A stretch of 63,674 nucleotides of DNA, filler included, from Sphacelaria rigidula (GCA_964200075.2; 8 parts of 8 records of this genome joined end to end with filler, not necessarily neighbours in it), one strand, 5' to 3'. Shown: positions 1 through 12,100, counted from the whole stretch's first letter. Numbers and translations: made by a program. The notes: generated by a model not told the origin, from the letters alone.

Positions 1-970
1 GACCTGCTGCTTTTTGCATCCAAATGCAACGGTGATTTCGTCGCCCTCCAAGAATCCCGCGCCATGGACGAATAACCTTCCACGCACCGGCAGCAGGATA
101 TATCATTCATTGCAGTGGCCGCTGCCATGAAGACGGGGGTGAACCGGGAATGCTCGGAGTCGGCCTCGCCATTAAGGAGTCTGTCGCCAGCATGCTGGGC
201 CCACGAGCCATCGCCCCCGAACACACGGCCACGGATATACTGCCTCGATGCCCCAAGGAAACCCCATCTAAAGATTTCAGTGAGTTAAGTCAAGGTCAGG
301 ATCGTCCCCAAAAGGCGTAGGATCTCAGGGAAAGCGTATTGAAGATCTGCGAACGAACCCGAAAGACGCTGTCCTGAAGAAGGCGCTGAAGGTAACGAAC
401 AAAGCGTTTAAGCAGGTAAAGGATGCTGCGCTGCAGAACTTCGTTCACGAGTTCACAGTCCGGACTGCGAAGTTTGTTCGCAAGAAGGATCAAGCAGGAC
501 TGTACGAGCATATAATATCAAGTCCTTGGAACTGGAAGGAAAGCAGCAGAGCGACTCAACTTACATTAGGAGCGCGATTGGCGAGCTGTTGCGGAACAAC
601 ACAATCAAGCTATTCTTCAACGGTGGAAGTAATAGCAATGGTTCAAAACACTGCTGAACGCAACCTCCTACGATCGACCACTATGTCATCGATCTTATCG
701 AACAGATGCCGGAGCATGCATCACTCGCGGCGGAGCTCTCAATGGCAGAAGTAAAGGAAGCGGTGGGCAAGCTAGCGAACAGCAAGGCCGTTTGGACGGA
801 CAACATCTGTGGCGAACATTTGAAGCTCGGCCGCACCGAAGACTCTACGATTCTGAGGTGCCTCCACAACATCGTGCCCGACGTGTGGCGTCAGGAAGTA
901 TTGCCACAAGAGTGGAAATACACCAACATCAAGGTGCTTTTCAAGAAACAGAACCCGCACAAATGCGGCA
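1..970 (+). mobile_element. Non-LTR retrotransposon (RTE-like LINE) remnant: APE endonuclease plus region just upstream of RT, internally deleted and 3'-truncated
   Basis: 1-200 translates (one frameshift) to DFVALQESR...AGYIIHCSG...GVGLAIKES, matching APE endonuclease motifs. 706-970 gives EVKEAVGKLANSKAVWTDNICGEHLK...WRQEVLPQEWKYTNIKVLFKK..HKCG, the pre-RT block that normally continues NYRGISL. Confidence 0.85.
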
Positions 971-2860
971 CCAGCAGCCTGAACACCGGCGCTGCTCCTT
1001 CGCGCTTCACCATGACTGTCGACACCGGCGCTAGCAACCACTTCGTCGACCCTGACTTGCTTCCAAATCTTCAGCACCGGATGATCGAGTATCAGAAGTA
1101 CGACCCGCCGATCGTCATCGACGTCGCCGGTAAGGGAAAACTCCACGGCACCGGCAGAGGAAACATGAAGGTCGTCACGCGGGACCAAACCGGGGCGGAG
1201 CACAAGGTCCTGCTGCCCTTCACCATCGCACCAGGACTGGGTCGTCACCTGTTCTCGGGAGGAACAGCAGTGCAAAGAGGGATGCCATTGGTTTTTGATG
1301 ATTTCTCTTTTATTAGAATGAGAAACTTCAAGCTGCCTCTTCGACAGGACAGCTCCTGCACCACCATGAACTACTTGGATCTGGCTATCGCACCGGACAG
1401 CATCTGCACTCAACACGGTTTTATAACCATCTCCGGCGCAAATCTGCCGCCTGAAAGAGCTAATATGGCATCCAGTGCCTCTTTGATCCAGGACACGGAA
1501 AAGGAAACAGCATGTTCCACCTCAACGGCTACATCGATGGCCAACATGTGGCATCAGCGACTCGGACATCCCAATGCCAAGTGCTACTAAAAGTCGGGCG
1601 GATAAAAGAGAGCGGGGTCGCGTTTTCCGACTCCTTTTCAGCGTGGGGGACGTGCAAGATAAACAAAAGCACACAGCGGGATCATCCCAAGACCAGGAGC
1701 ACAGGCGCCACGCAACGACTTCAACTCGTCAGCACGGACCTTCTAGGGCCCGTCACTCCAACTACGATCGGTGGCTACCAGTACATGGCCAAGTTTACCG
1801 ATCATTACTCTAGGCTCAAGGCCGTCTACTTCCTTTAAAGGAAAAGTGCCGCCCTTTCTTCTCTGGTACAGTTCGTTCAAGACCTCGCCATTCCACTCGG
1901 TCTACGGGTACAACGTCTACATTCGGAAAACGGCGGGGAATATGTCAGCACTGCGTTTCGCGACTACTACTGCAAAACTACGGGGATCATACAGCAGTTC
2001 AGCTCCCCGCACATGCCGCAACAAAACGGCATATCGGAGCGCGACGGGCGGAACACCATGGACATGACCCGCTGCCTCCTGAATGAAGCGGGTCTGCCTA
2101 AGCACCTATGGGGGGAGATTGCGGCAACTGCGGTATTCCTCATAAACCGCCTACCGTACAAGGCTCTACAAGGGGACACACCCTACCATCGAATGTTCGG
2201 CAAGCAGGTGAATCTTTCCTTTCTTCGGATCATCGGCTCCAGGGTCTTCGTCCACGTCGAAGGTCATACCACCAAGCTACAGCCAAAAGTGTGGGAAGGT
2301 GTTTTGGTTGGCTACAACGACGACAGCCCAACCTTTCGTATCTACAATCGGGCTACGGGACGCATTACAACCTCCCGGAATGTTACCTTCATCAAGCCGG
2401 TTCCGGAACCCCTGAGCTGTACCAATCTTCCGCATAGTGAAGAAGAAGAATCATCGGTCGACACGGCGGATCTGGAGCAAATCCACGACGGAATTACATT
2501 CCTGGATTCCAACAAGGACAACGGCGAAGGTCACGATATCAACAACCCACAGGAACAGCGCTTCAAGGAACCACTGGCTTCTATCGACGTGCTGCATCAA
2601 GTGCGTCAGGAACTTCAGCAATCATTCAACATGACTAATCCTGGTCATGCGACTCAGATTCTCGGCATCGACATTCATCAAGATCTGAAGAATGGCACAA
2701 TAAGCCTCAGCCAGGATAAATACACCATGTCTGTGCTCAAGCGTTATGGCATGATACGTGCAATCCCTCGCACACTCCAGGGACAGGAGCCGAGCTCAAC
2801 AACGCAACTGGTGAATCTGCACTTCTTTCCGCAAGCGAGAAAAAAAACTACCAGAGCCTG

Positions 2861-3505
2861 GTGGGAAGCTTCATCTTCCTGGTGAATGGCACAAGATTCG
2901 ACATCGCGCATGCCGTCATGAAGGTAGCACGGCACATGTCAAGTCCGACCACTGCGAGCGCAGCTAGCGCCAAAAGGATCCTTCGGTACTTCAAGCGCAA
3001 CCCAGGTCTCGCCATTACCTACAGGCGCGCCAGCAACTTAAGCATTACCTGCTACAGCGACGCATTCTACGCATCTGGACCATCAAGCAAATCCATCACC
3101 GGATCAATGGTTTTTCTGAGTGGAGGGCTCATTCACTTCGACAGTCAAGTTCAGCGCATAACCGCGCAATCGACATCGGAGGCGGAGGTCATCGCAATGA
3201 ACAGCACCGCCACGCACGGGCTCTACTTCTCTTCTATGCTGGGGGAGCTAGGATGGTCACGGCAACGTACCTTCACCCTATATGCGGACAACCGGAGCTC
3301 CATGACCCTAGCTTCGGAGGCGAACTTCAGCCAGAGGTCGCGGCACATCACCGTCCGCTTCGCCGCACTCCGCGAATGGATCCGTCAACGCATCATCAAG
3401 CTAAACTTCATTCCAGGCCGCCACATGTTGGCCGATTTTTGCACCAAGTACTGCGTCCGCGAGGTACAAGACAGCCTCATGCAGCAAATCCTCCAGTTCA
3501 AGTGA
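2861..3505 (+). pseudogene. Copia late RT / RNase H coding segment
   Basis: 214-aa ORF with TRFDIAHAV, KRILRY, CYSDA, STSEAEVIAM, ADNRSS, HITVRF and MLADFCTK motifs. Confidence 0.9.
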
Positions 3506-4087
3506 CGACGCCAAAACTTAAGGAAGGATCGGGCTCCTCACCATCGCCATGGGATATTCCGGGCGGAACCTTCTGTACATCTCGTCATCGACATGTTCTC
3601 CCGCAACGAGCTGTAGGGGGAGGAATAATATTCCGCCAAAAGCGACTCTACGCGTTGTCCGCAGCGAGAAACATCTTCTTCTGCCAGAAGCAGAGCAGCA
3701 GACAGCAGTATATCACTGCAACTCGTTTTTCTTGTGTTTCTTGCGCATATTTGTATAGCTCCCATGGGAAAATCTTTACGTATGATCGTAAAAGCAGCAG
3801 CTTATAGCATATGCTCCGGAGTAGCAACCTCAGAAGATATGTGCGTACTTTCTGCATTTCCTGAGTAGCCTGAATACCTAGGCTAAAATTGCTGACTTCT
3901 TGTAGACAGCATTCTTGCGTTCTTTTCATTTTCTGCATCTACCGTACATGCTACAGAAGGAATAAGCGTGAGAGATATTCGTTCGATCTCTGTTGGTCGC
4001 AAGTGGGAGTGAAATATTTTGAGTAAGTGTTTTTTGCATCAAAATATTCCTCCTTTGGACTACTTTCTTTTGAGATGACTTTCCATT

Positions 4088-4434
4088 GAGGGGGAGTGTT
4101 GGACTATTCAATGTCAGTCATTGGTCACGACTACATTCTATCGTAGTTATCGTAAACAAATAAGAAATCATTTGAGTGTTCCAGAAATAGTCTGCGGTAT
4201 ATTCTGCGGTACATCATGTTTCCAGAACAAGTTGTCGGGGGATTAATCGGGAGTTATCGGTTGTAATATCCCGCGAGTGTTGTAGACGTGAGGAAGTTCT
4301 GGAAGTTCATTAGCTGATCGATAGGCTCGCACACTTGGTGCTCGCCCACCTGATCACTCCTCTACTACTTCTCTTCTCATACTCTTCTCTTCCATGAGTT
4401 AGAATCTTCGGCCACATAAGCGCCGAGTTCAACA
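4088..4434 (+). repeat. Polypurine tract (4088-4096) and putative 338-bp 3' LTR (4097-4434) of Copia A
   Basis: GAGGGGGAG is followed directly by TGTTGG, and the segment ends TTCAACA at 4434, giving TGTTG...CAACA termini. There is no second LTR copy to confirm the end. Confidence 0.65.
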
Positions 4435-4526
4435 TCTCTATTCTCAAGTCAAGTAACTTAACCGTCACTCTCTGCACCTCTGCATAAACTGCAGAAGACC
4501 GTTGCCACATCGGCACACCATTAAGA

Positions 4527-7432
4527 GTGAAGCCATATTCCTTCAATGTCCAACGCAATTTTGCAGAAGAATCAGCAGATTTTATGGTGAAGCTGGACAC
4601 CATCTGGGGGGAATTCGAAGCGCTTGGAAACGCTAAAGCCGACGAGACCAAGAGGGCAGCCCTTTTACTCGGGATCAAGGAGGCGCTTCCACAAGTATTC
4701 ATCCAGCTAACAACCCGGCCAGGTATGACGTACGATGAGCTTAACTGGGCAGTCGTAGCATCACCAGCATATCTAACGTCTGACATGGAACGCCGCGATG
4801 AGGCAGTAGCGTTCCAATTGAGAACCGACGGCAATAAAACCGACTCGGGGCTCGACAGCAATCAATGCGCCTACTGTTTAAAGCGAAATCATAGGTGGCG
4901 GGAGTGTCGCTCCTACCTCAACGGCAAATTTTCAGCTAAACGACCGCCGGAGATGAGCCCCGCACGAACGTTCCCACCTCCTCCACAAAACGGCATAAGC
5001 AATGGGAGGAGGGACAGACCACAGGTGTTCATGACGATAAACGTGATAGTCGAAAATGAGCGAGTAGTATCCATGTGCACGCCGACCAACTGCGACTCGG
5101 GAGCGAATGTTCACATGACTCCCTGGAAACAGGATCCCAGAAATACACGTACGGTCAGTCGAAGCTGTACATTTGGGAGCAAGGGACAGCTGTAGGTACT
5201 GGCAATGAGAGAGTTCCATTGCACGTCAGCGTTCGGGGAAAGGAGGCTCCGGCAAAGATCACACTGAGGGACGTACTTTTGGGTCCCTGGACTACCTTGC
5301 CGGTTGCTGAGTACCGGAACCATTCGGCGTGATGGAGGAGAATTCGTGGCTTCCGGCAGGAAGGAGAGCTGCCTTCGGTTCAGGAGTTATGGACCGAAGA
5401 TCCCCGTAGCTGAGAATAGAGGGTTCCTGACCTTGTCGGCATCGCTGCAGGGGGATGGTAAACATGCGGCGTCGGCGCACGCTTCGTTTGCAAACAAGAA
5501 GCAGCGCCTCACATTGAAGAAGTGGCACAACACCTTAGGACACATCAACCCGGCTGCCATATAACACCTCGACAAGCGTGGGCTAATCGATGCCACTGAT
5601 GCCACGGTGACGTCCGAGATGCGCTGTAGCGTCTGCAAGGAATGCAAGTCCGAGGCGCTCAGCTACGGCCGCGGCGGCAGGAGTCCCGAAGCACCACTTG
5701 AAGTTGTGCACACTGACCTTGAGGGGCCTTTCAACGCCGATATCACGGGCATGAAATTCCTTCAGATTTTCGTGGGCGAGGCCAGCCGAAACAAGAACGT
5801 TGTTGAACTCAAGACACGAGATGCTGCCACTGACCCCACGGGAGCCTATATCGGCGAAAAGGTCCGTGGGGGAGTGACCATCAAATGCTTCAGCGGAGAC
5901 GGCGCTGGGGAACTTGGACGGTCAGTCATATTTCAACGCATGCTGACCAATCGCGGCATCAAATGGCGCTACTCATCGCCAAGGACACCGCAAAGTAATG
6001 GAATTGCTAAACGTGCAACTCAACAACTGATGAGGATAGCACGCAGCCAACTGGTGAAAGCGGGGCGCGGAGAGGACTACTGGTTCTTCGCTGTGACCGA
6101 CGCGGCATTCAAAACCGCAGAGATGCCCCACAAGTACCTCGGGGGCGAGACCACATGTGAGAGGCTGGCAGGAAAGCCTTTCAATTACGACCGGCTTCGT
6201 ACTTGGGGACCCAAGTGTTTTGTGCATCAGAACACGCAGCACCGCGGCGCCGCTGCGAAGTTCCACCCATATGCGAAGCGGGGCATCTTGGTGGGACACG
6301 ATCGGCATCTCTCTGCTGGTACGTATGGCTGATACAGGAATCAAAGCTCGTTAAATCTTCACACATCACGTTTGAATCAGAGGCCAAGATCCTAGACATC
6401 GTGGGGGAGCTGATGGCGGTCAAACTCAGTGATGACGAGGACAAGCCATTGAAAGAACAGAGCGCAGCGCCAATTGACGGCGATGATAGCTCGGGTGGAC
6501 AGCCATCTCAGGACCCGCCATCATCGAAGCGCTCTTCTCCGGATAGTGGACTGCGCAGGTCCAGTCGACTAGCGTAACGACAATCGAGGGGACAACGCAC
6601 AGCAACGCTTTAGAAGGTCTGACGGCAGCAGTGCTGATGACGGAAATTTCCTCGCCACCCTTCTACAAGAAGAGGACAAAGGCGCATTTTGCATGCTCGG
6701 GGGGGGAATCGTCACTGGACCACAGAAACCGTCGACAGTGGAAGAAGCCCTGACAGAACCTGATGCTGGCAGATGGAAAGTGGTCATGGAACAGGAAATC
6801 CAACGTAAGGGCAATGCGCCTCAGAGCCGAGAGGCCGGTGAACCGCTGGGATCATGGATGCCAACGGCGGCGCCTGTATCTCATGCGACTCCAAGCGCGG
6901 ACGAGCGCTCCGAAGGCCCGAAGACCGAGGTATCCCAGACAAGAAACGAGCCGCAGATCGGACTGGAGGATCAAACCTCCTCAAACGGAGATGATCGTGA
7001 ACAAGGCCGAATCACCGAACCACCGGAGACGCTGAGCAATAACGAAGGATAAAAGCTCGAAAATATACTCGTGCCGAACGCGGACGATTCTGCCCTTGAC
7101 CAAGAAGCAAAGGAGGAGCCCGCGGCAAAGGGAGCGACAAAGACAGTGGAGGGACCACCCCCGGGTGCGGGATGCATGCTGAGCAAGGACAACCTCGCAC
7201 ACAGCCAATAAACGTTCAAGTTGCCGTTCTCGACGAAGGATGTCAAAAAGGAGAAGGCGCGGGAAGTCGGGACGAGTCCGGAGGCTCCAGGTCCACCACG
7301 TGGCTTTTATGGCATGCGATGGAAAGATTCGTTTGGCTCGTGTCTAGCACGTTGGGTGTGATCGTATCAGCTCTCTGGTATTACCGCTGAACGATCATGA
7401 GGGAGTGTGTAGATTATGTATTGGACATAGAA
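4527..7432 (+). mobile_element. Ty1/Copia LTR retrotransposon B, degenerate (gag, PR, integrase; RT/RNase H deleted; PPT at ~7399-7407 and start of the 3' LTR)
   Basis: Gag zinc knuckle CAYCLKRNHRWREC, protease CDSGANVHMT, KWHNTLGHIN, integrase PLEVVHTDLEGP / DGAGE / PQSNGIAKR. The RT lead-in PSTVEEAL..WKVVMEQEI stops at ~6805. GAGGGAGTG followed by TGTAG at 7399-7412. Confidence 0.9.
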
Positions 7433-7550
7433 CAGCCTGGATTCGTCTTTGAGGTTCAACATTTACTTGAGGTTCAACGGATCATCGAAATTTCATTTAC
7501 TTTGTTCACAAGGCTCGCGGGATTCGGAACCGGTTTCGACAATGTGCCCC
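7433..7550. repeat. Dispersed repeat (terminus AGCCTGGATTCG), shared with 54894-55010; interrupts the Copia B 3' LTR
   Basis: Direct match AGCCTGGATTCGT.TTTGAGGTTCAACATTTA.TTGAG.TTCAACGGATCATCGAAATTTCATTTA...GGTTTCGAC..TGTGCCCC on two different contigs. Confidence 0.85.
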
Positions 7551-7632
7551 TTGTTCAGGAAGCGAACAGTTTATCCATTGAACTAGTGAGCGCTCACTGG
7601 TTCAATGGATAAACTGTTCGCTTCCTAAACAA
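7551..7632. repeat. 82-bp near-perfect palindrome (head-to-head tRNA-Arg-like halves)
   Basis: Centre GTGAGC|GCTCAC at 7591/7592. Arms AGGAAGCGAACAGTTTATCCATTGAAC and GTTCAATGGATAAACTGTTCGCTTCCT. Confidence 0.95.
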
Positions 7633-7749
7633 AAGATATGCTGCGTGGTCCATCCCGGCATGACACATCAGGGATCTCTGGGGCCTCTTGCCCCTCGCAA
7701 GCCTCACTGTCCACATGTCAAACTCATTCCTTCCACAATCGATCATGCC

Positions 7750-7873
7750 GGGATTCGAACCGCATATCTTTTGTCCAGGAAGCGAACAGTTTATCCATTG
7801 AACCAGTGAGCGCTCACTCGTTCAATGGATAAACTGTTCGCTTCCTAAACAAAAGATGTGCGGTTCGAATCCC
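7750..7873. repeat. 124-bp near-perfect palindrome of two head-to-head tRNA-Arg(CCT)-derived (SINE-head or pseudo-tRNA) sequences, ending at the contig end
   Basis: Centre at 7811/7812. Each arm has an A-box-like GTTCAATGGATAA, anticodon loop TTCCT(AA/GG) with a broken stem, and B-box GGTTCGAATCCC. Confidence 0.9.
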
Positions 7874-7973
7874 NNNNNNNNNNNNNNNNNNNNNNNNNNN
7901 NNNNNNNNNNNNNNNNNTTAATTAATTAANNNNNNNNNNNNNNNNNNNNNNNNNNNNNNNNNNNNNNNNNNNN
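7874..7973. other. Artificial contig spacer N44-TTAATTAATTAA-N44
   Basis: Identical 100-bp linker with stops in all six frames, present 7 times. Confidence 0.99.
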
Positions 7974-8858
7974 GGCTCGCGCCTTTTCCGGTGTTCGGGG
8001 GGGGGGGGGGGGGGGGTGGGGGGGGGGGGGGGGGGGGGGGGCATTTCACGACTACCCTTTGATCATGACACTTGATTGATTGATTGTCGCACATCACTTC
8101 ACGTCACTTCATCCGTGAATCCAGCCGTGACCATTCGATATAACGCAAGGTTACAAGGTGAACAAAAAAAAAACTTCGCCAAGGCAAACTCGAGAAAAGG
8201 GAAGAAACAAGGGAAAAAACGTACAACAAACGGAGCAAAACAGAACGAAAATGCGAGACACTGTCTGTGTGGCCGGAGAAGTGTGATCCGCTACAATCTC
8301 CAAATGCCCATAAATCTCCGCCTCTCGTTCCGGCTGTGTGTGTAGAGTGCCTGTTCAGAGCCGCAACGGATGTTGCATTCAAATTGTGGCCCCTTCAAGG
8401 AAACGAACATTACTTTTTGGTGAGGGCACCACACGGTGAGATATCCATAACAAACTTCCTTTGGGCTTCATGTCTCCACGTCTCTGGAAATCGAGCAAGG
8501 AGCGGACAAGTCATTGCTGGATCAAACCACCAACTTTACGATGTCTGAGGCCTGATGATTACTCTAAAGAGAGAAGAAAGTGATGCTCCTATTAGAAGAA
8601 AAAAAACTGTAGAATACCCCGGTTATTGAGTTCAGAATCAACATATAATCTAACGACACACAAACCAGGATTGCTGTAGCAGCTATTATAGCTCATCCCT
8701 CATCTATCCAGTTGTTCCATACGAACGCATTCAGTTTGGAACATGTGCGAAGCAAACCAGCCAGCTAGCTACACTCTGCACAGACAGACTTTTCCCCGAG
8801 TACAACTAGGCATGACGCTTGAAAACGATCCAAAGCACAAGTTAGCCTAGCCTCTCAC

Positions 8859-9138
8859 CTCATCTTGGTCAAGATCTTGCCGTGGGTTTCCCCTCTGCTG
8901 CGGGACGAAGAACAGACACTGCTCCACCAACTCTCGCACCAACCCTCGACCTCCCTTCCCACCACCACCCAGATCCCTACCCCCGCCGCTCTCACCGACA
9001 CCAAGCACATCCCCCCCCGTTGAGGCCTTGACTTGTGCTTTGCATTCTTCCGGAAGCTTTTCAAGCGCGGATATAAGGGCCGTCATGAGGCCATGCAGGG
9101 CGTCGTCCTGGTCCTCTTCCGATTCCTCCACCGGCGGT
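8859..9138 (-). CDS. USP-like gene exon (280 nt)
   Basis: aacag|ACCGCCG ... GATGAG|gtgaga. Completes the AG+A Arg codon from the previous exon. Confidence 0.8.
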
Positions 9139-12100
9139 CTGTTAATTATGATGTATGCAAAAACAAATTGGGATCCATCAGTTATGATTCCATGCTTTTC
9201 ATTATTCGAGATTTATGTACCTTGATATGTATATGAGTCAGATCGATGACCCACCAAAAACGCCTGCTGAAATACATTTTCGAATATGATCACAAACCTG
9301 ACTATGATCAAATCGGCGAGCTGTATGCAGAGACTGGACTGGTCCTCCACTGATAAAGCGTTCTCCGCGATCAGCAGCTGCGACACCAGCCAGAAGTACC
9401 ACGCGCATGTCTTTTCGTGCAGCTCTGCCTGCCACCACGCGAATGGGGATGGGGGCGAGAGAGGGGAGGGAAGAAGCACGAAACACTCAACATAATTGAG
9501 AGCGGACCGAGCATCAGATGGAAAGCACGAATCGGTTGTGGCGATCGACGGAGCGACAGCAGGGGAGGAGAAGCTTGAAGCTCGAAGTTCGAAGTTCGAA
9601 GTTCGAGTCCGTCCACGTCCTCATATTGGAGGCACTTGAGTTAAACGTCAATCTTTCGGCGAGCGAGAAGCCCCGAACAAGCAAGCAATCTCCCTCCAAC
9701 CCACGATGCGGTGGGGGCACGCAAACACACATCCTTACAGTATCGCAAGCGGGAGAAGGTGTGGGGGCGGGGGGGGGGGGGGGGGGGGCGTTCTTTTGTG
9801 TTGGTTGCCTTTGTTGTTGCGCAGTGGGGGGGGGGGGGGGCATTTGCTGCTTCCCTTTTTTGGGTTGCTATTGACCTCACGTCCCGTTCGACACGGAGCA
9901 CAATTCCTACCCCTAATAGAGACGCCTCCAACGTTTGGGCGCTCAGTACGTTTCTTCCATGCATCAGGGAGAGAGGGGAGGGACCCCAAACATGAGACGG
10001 TGACTTCGCGACTTACATCTTCGGTTCGCTTCAAGTATTCTCCCACCAATCAACCAACCTACTCATGTATTTGGCAATTTCTTTGCAACCGGTGATTTTC
10101 TTGGGTCCTTTCGTTTGTCACCGCTCATCGCAGGGGGGGTCTGATTTTACTAGTATCCGCTCCACATTCCAAGAAAAAAATATAATTTGTATTTGTTGTT
10201 GAGTGACTTGCGGGCGGACCGGTCATCGGGAGTCCCGCCACTTTTCAGCCTCAAATTCTGACTCTTTGATATTTTCGGTCGATCGAGCCTGTCCCGATCG
10301 CGTTTGTGAAGAAATGAAGAAACTTATCATTTTAGTACAATTTGCAAAAAAGGGTGCACCCCGGTGCTTTCGGAACAAAAAAGGGTAACGCGTTTTTCAC
10401 CTTGGGGCGCGGCGCTGCACGCGGGCTGAGCACCTCAAAAACACATTCCAGCGCCTCAGCCCCACGCCCAAGGTGTCTGGGTAGCACGCCAAAAAAAAAA
10501 TTCCATTTCCACACGTGATACTAGGCTTAAGTACGACGCGGAAAAGGACAGCCTGTTAGAGTACTCATTTCTGTGAACAAACCAGGAGGACACACCCTGT
10601 ACTCTGCTAAATGTTCTTCTGTTACCCTTTTTTGTTAGCGTGTTCCACCCTTTTGTTACCCTTATTTTGTGAAGTGGTGACCGTACCGCCGGCCCCGCAG
10701 AAGATACGCCGAACAGTCACAACCATACACATTTCTTGGAGAAGTTACACCCACCAAAAAGGCCGAAACCCAACGACCGAAAAGTCGTAGCCCCCTGCTG
10801 GCTGGCCCGCAGACCCGGAAGATCCGACGAAGGAGACAGGGCGCGAACGCTTGTGTGCCGAAGCTCACAAACATTTGCGCTGTGAGGGTTAAACTTCTGC
10901 TACTGTTATTTAAGCACTAGACTTGCTCCTGCATAACTGCATTTAGCATGTGTACAGCGTGAACCGGGTGGAAAAACACATGTACGACGATATAGTCGAG
11001 TCTGCACTGTTTCATGACGCGAAACGGCCTGCGATCACAACCCCCAACCCGATTTCATTCTGTACCCACGCCTTCGAACCCATGCACAATGTTCAATCAC
11101 TTCGAGATGCTATACGAAGCGATTGGCGTATCCCAGCGGCCCCACATGCATCTCCATTTCTGTGGGGGCTGGGCCGAGGTGAACAGTTTGCTGCTTGGTG
11201 ATGAGCATTGACATTGTTGCGCTGCGGTTTGGCGCGTTGAGCGTCGTTCTCTCGAGAATCCGAAACCTTTCTGTACGGGTTGCTCGGTGGGTTGCGTCTA
11301 CAGCGCCAGAGTGTCGTTGCGTTGGGGGGGGGGGGGTCGGAAGAGGACCTCCGATTGTACAGCCTGCTATGTGATCGGGTTCGGACGTGTTCTTCCTCCG
11401 ATCCGGAATCGAATCGACGATATTTGTCCCCAATCCGTGAATTGCAGATCCCGCAACCGGATGGTGTTCTGCGTGGTGTCGTCACATGATGCCGTTCGGG
11501 CGTGTGTGTGCCGGCAAGACTTTTCACACATGTTCGTTGGATGTCTGTGAGCTCCGGCACACAAGCGTTTGCGCCCCGCCTGCATCGTCGGATCTTCCGG
11601 GTCTGCGGGCCAGCCAACAGGGGGCTGGGTTTCGGCCTTTCTGGTGGGCGTAACTTCACCGAGAAATGGCTATGGTTGTGACTGCTCGGCGCATCTTCTG
11701 GGGGGCCGGCGGTACGGTCACCACTTCACAAAATGAGGGTAACAAAAGGGTGGAACACGCTAACAGAAAAGGGTGACAAAAAAACATTTAGCAGAGTGCG
11801 GGGTGTGCCTCACAGGCTCTCATTTTCCGCGCCATAGGTAAGCCTAGTATCACGTGTAAAAATGAAGAAAAATTGTCGGGCGTGCTGCCCAGACACCTTG
11901 GGCATGGGGCTGAGGCGCTGGAATGTGTTTTTGAGGTGCTCAGCCCGCGCGCAGCGCCGCGTCCCAAACTGAAAAATGCGTTACCCTTTTTTGTTCCGAC
12001 AGCACCAGGGTGCACCCTTTTTTGTATATTACTCTTGAAAAAAAATTCCACCTACTCATTGCACTAGAGCCGAAAAACTGTGTGTCACGGTCGATAACAC

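Larger units (their letters stand above)
971..4434 (+). mobile_element. Ty1/Copia LTR retrotransposon A, degenerate (PR, integrase, partial RT, RNase H, PPT, 3' LTR); 5' LTR and gag missing
   Basis: Protease VDTGASNHF (~1018), WHQRLGHPN (~1550), integrase LVSTDLLGP / PQQNGISER / WEGVLVGY, late RT QELQQSFNMTNPG..ILGIDI, RNase H YSDAFYA..SITG..SEAEVIA..DNRS..HITVRF..LADFCTK (2861-3505). Several stops and frameshifts. Copia domain order PR-IN-RT-RH. Confidence 0.93.

Noticed and set aside
7810..7873. Functional tRNA-Arg(CCT) gene
   Set aside because: The anticodon stem cannot pair (TTCGC vs ACAAA) and the acceptor 3' strand is missing or non-complementary. Treated as a tRNA-derived repeat.
7918..7929. 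TTAATTAATTAA as a regulatory motif or piggyBac target
   Set aside because: It sits between N-runs in all seven spacers and is an assembly linker with six-frame stops.
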